Below the pieces are notes generated by a model. That model was not told the DNA's origin, did no database searches, and saw only the letters and a program-made list of their open reading frames with translations. From Azolla caroliniana (taxonomy: Eukaryota; Plantae; Polypodiophyta), in assembly GCA_043228905.1 (NCBI GenBank), contig JBHGNT010000007.1, forward strand, positions 6,944,001 through 7,008,000: 64,000 nt of DNA, in the 5' to 3' direction. Both the position numbers and the translations under genes were made by a program. Positions 59,068-64,000 of the stretch are shown piece after piece (within the stretch, counting starts at the first letter, position 1; each line of letters starts with the position of its first letter).

Positions 59068-59286
59068 CTTGAAGGATTCGTGGTTACACATTGATCATGA
59101 TTGGATTCAATGAGCATATACTAAACAATTGATCCCTTATTATCCTATTTCCAATGTCATATCCAACATTCCAATGACATGCTTGAAGGATTCATGGTTA
59201 CACATTAATCATGACTTAATTCAATGAGCATATACTAAAACAATTGGCCCCTTATTATCCTAATCACAGTGTAAAATCCAACATTC
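59068..59286. repeat. Tandem duplication, 2 x ~115 bp
   Basis: CTTGAAGGATTC.TGGTTACACATT.ATCATGA..TTCAATGAGCATATACTAAA occurs twice. Confidence 0.85.
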
Positions 59287-59539
59287 AAGTACCCTAACCA
59301 TGAATATTTCTTAATCCTCTTATGCTACCTTAACATCTTCATTAGTGTCATCTTAATCTACTTATTGCATTCCAATATCTTAGTATATCTCTTGTCAAAC
59401 AACACAAAGGAACTCTTGTACCTACACATTGTTGAGTTGACACTTGAGACACAGCCACTCTAGGAGTCACATCCCCATGAACTCAACATAATGGATGTTG
59501 TACAACTAACTATACAATTACTAGAGGAGGGCCAACTGA

Positions 59540-61200
59540 ACCAAATGAGGATGACGATGAATGAATGGAGATGTCGCATCCCACCCAATAAGTAGATGTA
59601 GTAGTATCTAAGTTTTATACTTCATATGGATAACTATTTATTGCTTTATTACAATCATTCGAGTTTCCTATGGAAAAATATTTCCCAACCTGCAACTTGG
59701 GCACTTTCATAGTTAGTATCCCCATGTAGAGGACATTCTTGGTAGAGAATAAATTATTATAATTCTAACTCTTCTTGGACGAAATAAAAAAGACAATATG
59801 ATGCAAAAACTATTATTGGAATATTGCTGGTAGCACAAGGCTCCAATAAAGAATTATGAAACATTGGATGAAGCATTATATGTGGAGTTAAATCAAGGCG
59901 GAATGTCACCGTAGTAATTCGTTTAGAAATCACAAATGGGCCCAATTGTTGATGATCCAATTTGTGACAAGGCCTCATATAATGCTGAAATAACCATACT
60001 TGATCACCAACTTGAAATGTATGTTGAAGTGCACTCTTCCAAGTCACCCCGCTTAGCAAAAAGAAAGAATTTATTGGTCTAATCTTAGCACCAACCTTGA
60101 GCGAATGGTGTGGCCTAACTGCACTATACGAGTGGCTCGAGAATAACGTAAATTTACCAAATTATGGAAATTTCACGAATTGTTGTTGTCTTGTGTGTTG
60201 CTTTGGTTTTTTGTTGGTAAGTTGATAGCTCCTCTTGAATCCCTTGTAGTCAGGATAAATGACCTTCTACTCTAGGATTAGTGGAAACTTTAGGGATATC
60301 TAATGACACGTCCATCGAGGATGACTAGTATACACAAAGAATGGAGGAATGTATAGAATTTTTGCATGCAAACTCATCAAAATGTAAAACTTTGTTCCAA
60401 TCATCTTGCTGAGAACTAATAAAACACTAAAGATATTGCCCCAATGTTTGATTTGAGTGCTCTGAGTGGCTAGCAATATATGAATGATAGCTTGAAGATA
60501 GTTTACAAGAGATTTTTAGCAATAGAAGTAAATGTTTCCAAAATTTAGAGTTAAATTGTGGTTCTCAATCACTGAAAAGTCATCTAGAAAACCATGATGC
60601 GAAAAACCTTATGCATAACAAGGTCAATTGTTTCTTCATTAGTAACTATCTTATTACATGGTAAGAAGTGTGCCATCTCTATAAAACAATCAACCCTAGT
60701 GAAAATAGTATTAAAGCCCTTAGAAGGTGGGATCTGTAATAAAGTGTAGAGAAATATATTGTCATGGTCCCTTTGGAATTGGTTATGGTTGTGCTAATCC
60801 ATATATGTGATGTCCAAGCATTTTCATACCACAACATGTGTCACATGTATGAACTTAATCTTCGAAAAAGCTTCAACGATCGGGTTACCAAGATGATTGA
60901 GTGATCATATGTAATGTCTTGTGAATCCTAAAATGTCTAGCCATATAAGCATCCTAACAATGCTCTAATACTTTGAGATGAGTAGGCCCCTTTGGGATAT
61001 ATGGATAACCTTTGTAAACAAGAAGTTCATATGCCGGGTTGTGTTTTTTTATCAAAGAGCATGACTCATAAGCACCCACTTGAATTCCTTATCTTCCAAA
61101 TGTTTTTGAGGGAACACATCCATCAAAATATCATGGTGCCCACTCTAGAATGCTTGAATCTACCGACATTTTAATAACTTTAGTTCCTTGTAGTTGTGTC
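59540..61200 (-). mobile_element. Decayed Gypsy integrase and C-terminal region
   Basis: FQVGDQVWL..KLDHQQLGPFVI..FRLDL..LHPMFHNSLLEP. Upstream GFNTIFTRVDC..MAHFLPC and QQDDW integrase remnants. Confidence 0.75.
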
Positions 61201-61229
61201 GATTTCAAAATTATTTGCATCTGATGTTC

Positions 61230-64000
61230 TGTTGAGAATCAAGCTCAACCTAGCCTAGTGTGTGAACACACCCTTGAGAGTGTATGAACACTCAAAGGTC
61301 AAAAGTCACACCACTACACTTTACACATTAACTATGTGTGATAGAATATGATTCTATGACACATAACTAATGAGTTTCCATATTCCCCATGACTCATGAG
61401 CTTCGGTAGTTAATGAAGAGAGAGAGTGACTATATAAACCACTCTTCTCCTACTTTGTAATATGTCGATTAATCTCCTTTGTAATATACAATCTTCTTGA
61501 GTATTTTCTAATATCGATCTTGTGTCTCTCTCCTCTCCTCTCTCTTTCTCTCTCTCACACATAGACACACACATAACACACATCTTTAACCTATTCCGTT
61601 GCACAAGAATCACCATCGATTCTTTAAATGGTATCAGAGCGGTTTGGTAGCTTGATCTAGCTAATTCGCGTGTGTTGTGTTCTACGCCGACATTCGAGAA
61701 GAACCCACTCATTGAGATCGTAGTGCCGCTACATAGATTGTATTCAAGAGAGAAGAAGAAGGAAGACATCTACATCGAACACCATGAATACTCAAATGGG
61801 GAGTGCTCTCCCTAGTGAGAAGTTGGACTGAAACAACTTCGCATCTTGGGAGTACAAGATGCACCAATACCTTGTCGGTCAAGGTTATTGGAGTTACATA
61901 AAAGGAGCACAAGAAAATCGACCTGAACCAAAGGACGCCGACTACGCAACATGCGAGCAACCGGCGAGTCGAGTAATGTATTGCTTGGCGACATGTGTTC
62001 ACGACCACATGCTCGACTACATTCGAGAAGTTGAAACGCCGAAGGAAGTGTGGGCTACACCTTAAAGATCAAGGAGCTTTGTGATGCACTTGGCTCGATA
62101 AACGTTAATGTGGATGATGATGAGATGGTGCAAATATGCCTCGGTGGCCTTGCACCACACCACGGTTCGGCGCGATGAAGACCATTGTACTAGCACCAGA
62201 GAATCCTCCCTCTTTCTTCAATCTTCAATCCATGTTGTTGGTTGAAGAAAACCATATTCGAAAAAGGAGCAACGCCTCGGAAGGCCACATGCTCTACACG
62301 CATTCGAACGGAGGAAGAGGACGCGACCGAGCAAAAGACCGATTCAGCCAAGGACGAGGCGGACGAGGTCCGACCTACAAACACAACTCCCAATTTCGGC
62401 ATCAAGATAGAAGCCATCAAGGAACCTTCGGAAGAAGGAGAGCTTCCATTCCGGTTCGAGTCAACAAAACTCGATCGAATGCGGATATTGCGACAAAATC
62501 AGTCACCACGAAGAAGAGTGCCGAAAGAAGATGCGTGAGTCGGCTTCCACTAGCCGACAACTCACCAATTACGCCACCAACTCCGACTATAAAGGTCATG
62601 GCGGAATGTTTGTAATGAGACATAGAGCAAATTCTATGTTGGCCTCTACTTCGACTAATGCCTCCAATCCGGAAGATGTATGGTTCGTCGACTCCAGTGC
62701 TTCAAACCATATGACGTCCCATCAAGAATGGTTCAAAGACCTTTGAGAGCCGTATCGACCTGGTTATGTCGAAACCGGAGATGACACCACTCATCCAATT
62801 CGACATGTCGTCAATGTCCCATTCGGGAAAGAAGGTGAACAAACTTGCATAAAAAATGTCTTACATGTACCCACCACAACGAATAATTTTGTCTCGGTCG
62901 GCCAAATTGTGGAGCAAGGGATGCAAGTTCGATTCAACCAAGGTGGTTGCTTCATCGAGAAGGAAGGTTAACTAATTGCTCGTGGTCGAAGGGAAGGCCG
63001 AATGTTTATCCTCGAAGCGAACGAGATAAAATCGACCATGTTTGCAAAGGGCCTCAAACCCAACACCGACATAGAGCTATGACATAAAAGAATCAACCAT
63101 ATCAATCTCAATAAACTCAAGGCGATGCAATCGAAAATAGTCGTCATTGGGCTCCCGAACTTCAAAGAGAAAGAGATTGAAGGAGTATGTGAAGCATGCC
63201 AATTCGGCAAGCAACATCGGTGCCCGTTCCCAAAGGAGTGGAATGTGAGTAAAGGCCTATTGGACATAGTCCACTCAAATGTGTGGGGACCGGCACAGAC
63301 GGCCACTTTGGAGGATGTCGGTACTATGTTACCTTGATTGACGACTTCTCTAGATACACATGGATCTTTCCCATGAGGATGAAGAGCGAAGTGTTTTTTC
63401 ACACTTCCAAAAATTCATAAGCGAAGTCGAAAAGACAACCGGGTGCCATGTATGATGTCTTCGGTCAGACGGAGGTAAGGAATACTTCTCAGATGCATTC
63501 ACGACATACCTTCTTCAAGAAGGAATTCAACGAGAATTCACTTGCCGACACACACCGCAACAGAATGGTGTAGCCGAACGCAAGAATCGACACATCCTCG
63601 AAGTAGCACGGACCATGCTCAACGAGAAGCATATGCCCAAATCATATTGCCAGGCAGAAGCTACAAATACCGCTGTCTACCTCATGAACCATTGCACAAC
63701 ATCCGGAGTGCATGAGGTCACCCCACACAAAAATACTATGGGAAGAAGTCAGATCTATCCCATGTAAGGATATTCGGCTCCATTGCATACGTGCACATTC
63801 TCGATGAGAAGCGGCAGAAGCTTGACCCAAAATCAGAGAAGTGCATCCTCGTGGGGTAGTCACTTGAACAAAAGGGGTACAAAGTGCTTCATTCAACCCA
63901 TCTACTCGGAAGGCTCGTGTAAGTCGGGATGTCGTCTTTGACGAATCGACATCATGGTACAAACCCAAGCCAAATCCTCCCGAACGACCTCGACAACATA
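61230..64000 (+). mobile_element. Ty1/Copia LTR retrotransposon: 5' LTR, PBS, gag, protease, integrase; degenerate, continues beyond the window
   Basis: LTR begins TGTTGAG at 61230; tRNA-iMet PBS TGGTATCAGAGC at 61629-61640. NFASWEYKMHQYL, CGYCDKISHHEEEC, WFVDSSASNHMT, CEACQFGKQHR, DIVHSNVWGP, RSDGGKEY, TPQQNGVAERKNRHI; several stops and frameshifts. Confidence 0.95.

Overview
AT-rich, intron-rich nuclear DNA of a land plant. A fern or other non-seed plant is my inference from the transposon families; it is not proven. I assembled six spliced genes by hand from GT-AG boundaries and reading-frame phase: (1) the 3' six exons of an unidentified gene (-, 2685-6117); (2) a ~1300-aa coiled-coil protein gene (-, 13736-23518); (3) RPS29 (+, 26714-28769); (4) a TIC32-like short-chain dehydrogenase (+, 41463-45830); (5) RPL13a (-, 48527-52224); (6) a small ankyrin-repeat protein gene (+, ~54493/56323-58087). 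Between and inside them lie decayed RTE and L1 LINEs, chromoviral Gypsy and Copia remnants (a Copia with its 5' LTR and PBS runs off the right end), two long-arm foldback elements, a degraded plastid insertion (atpB plus trnV-UAC), many short local tandem duplications, microsatellites and a 100-N scaffold gap. I found no CRISPR array, operon or other convincing new multi-gene system. The best leads are the two unassigned genes, the rearranged plastid insertion, a stop-containing cassette exon upstream of the ankyrin gene, and a 144-bp repeat array with an open frame.
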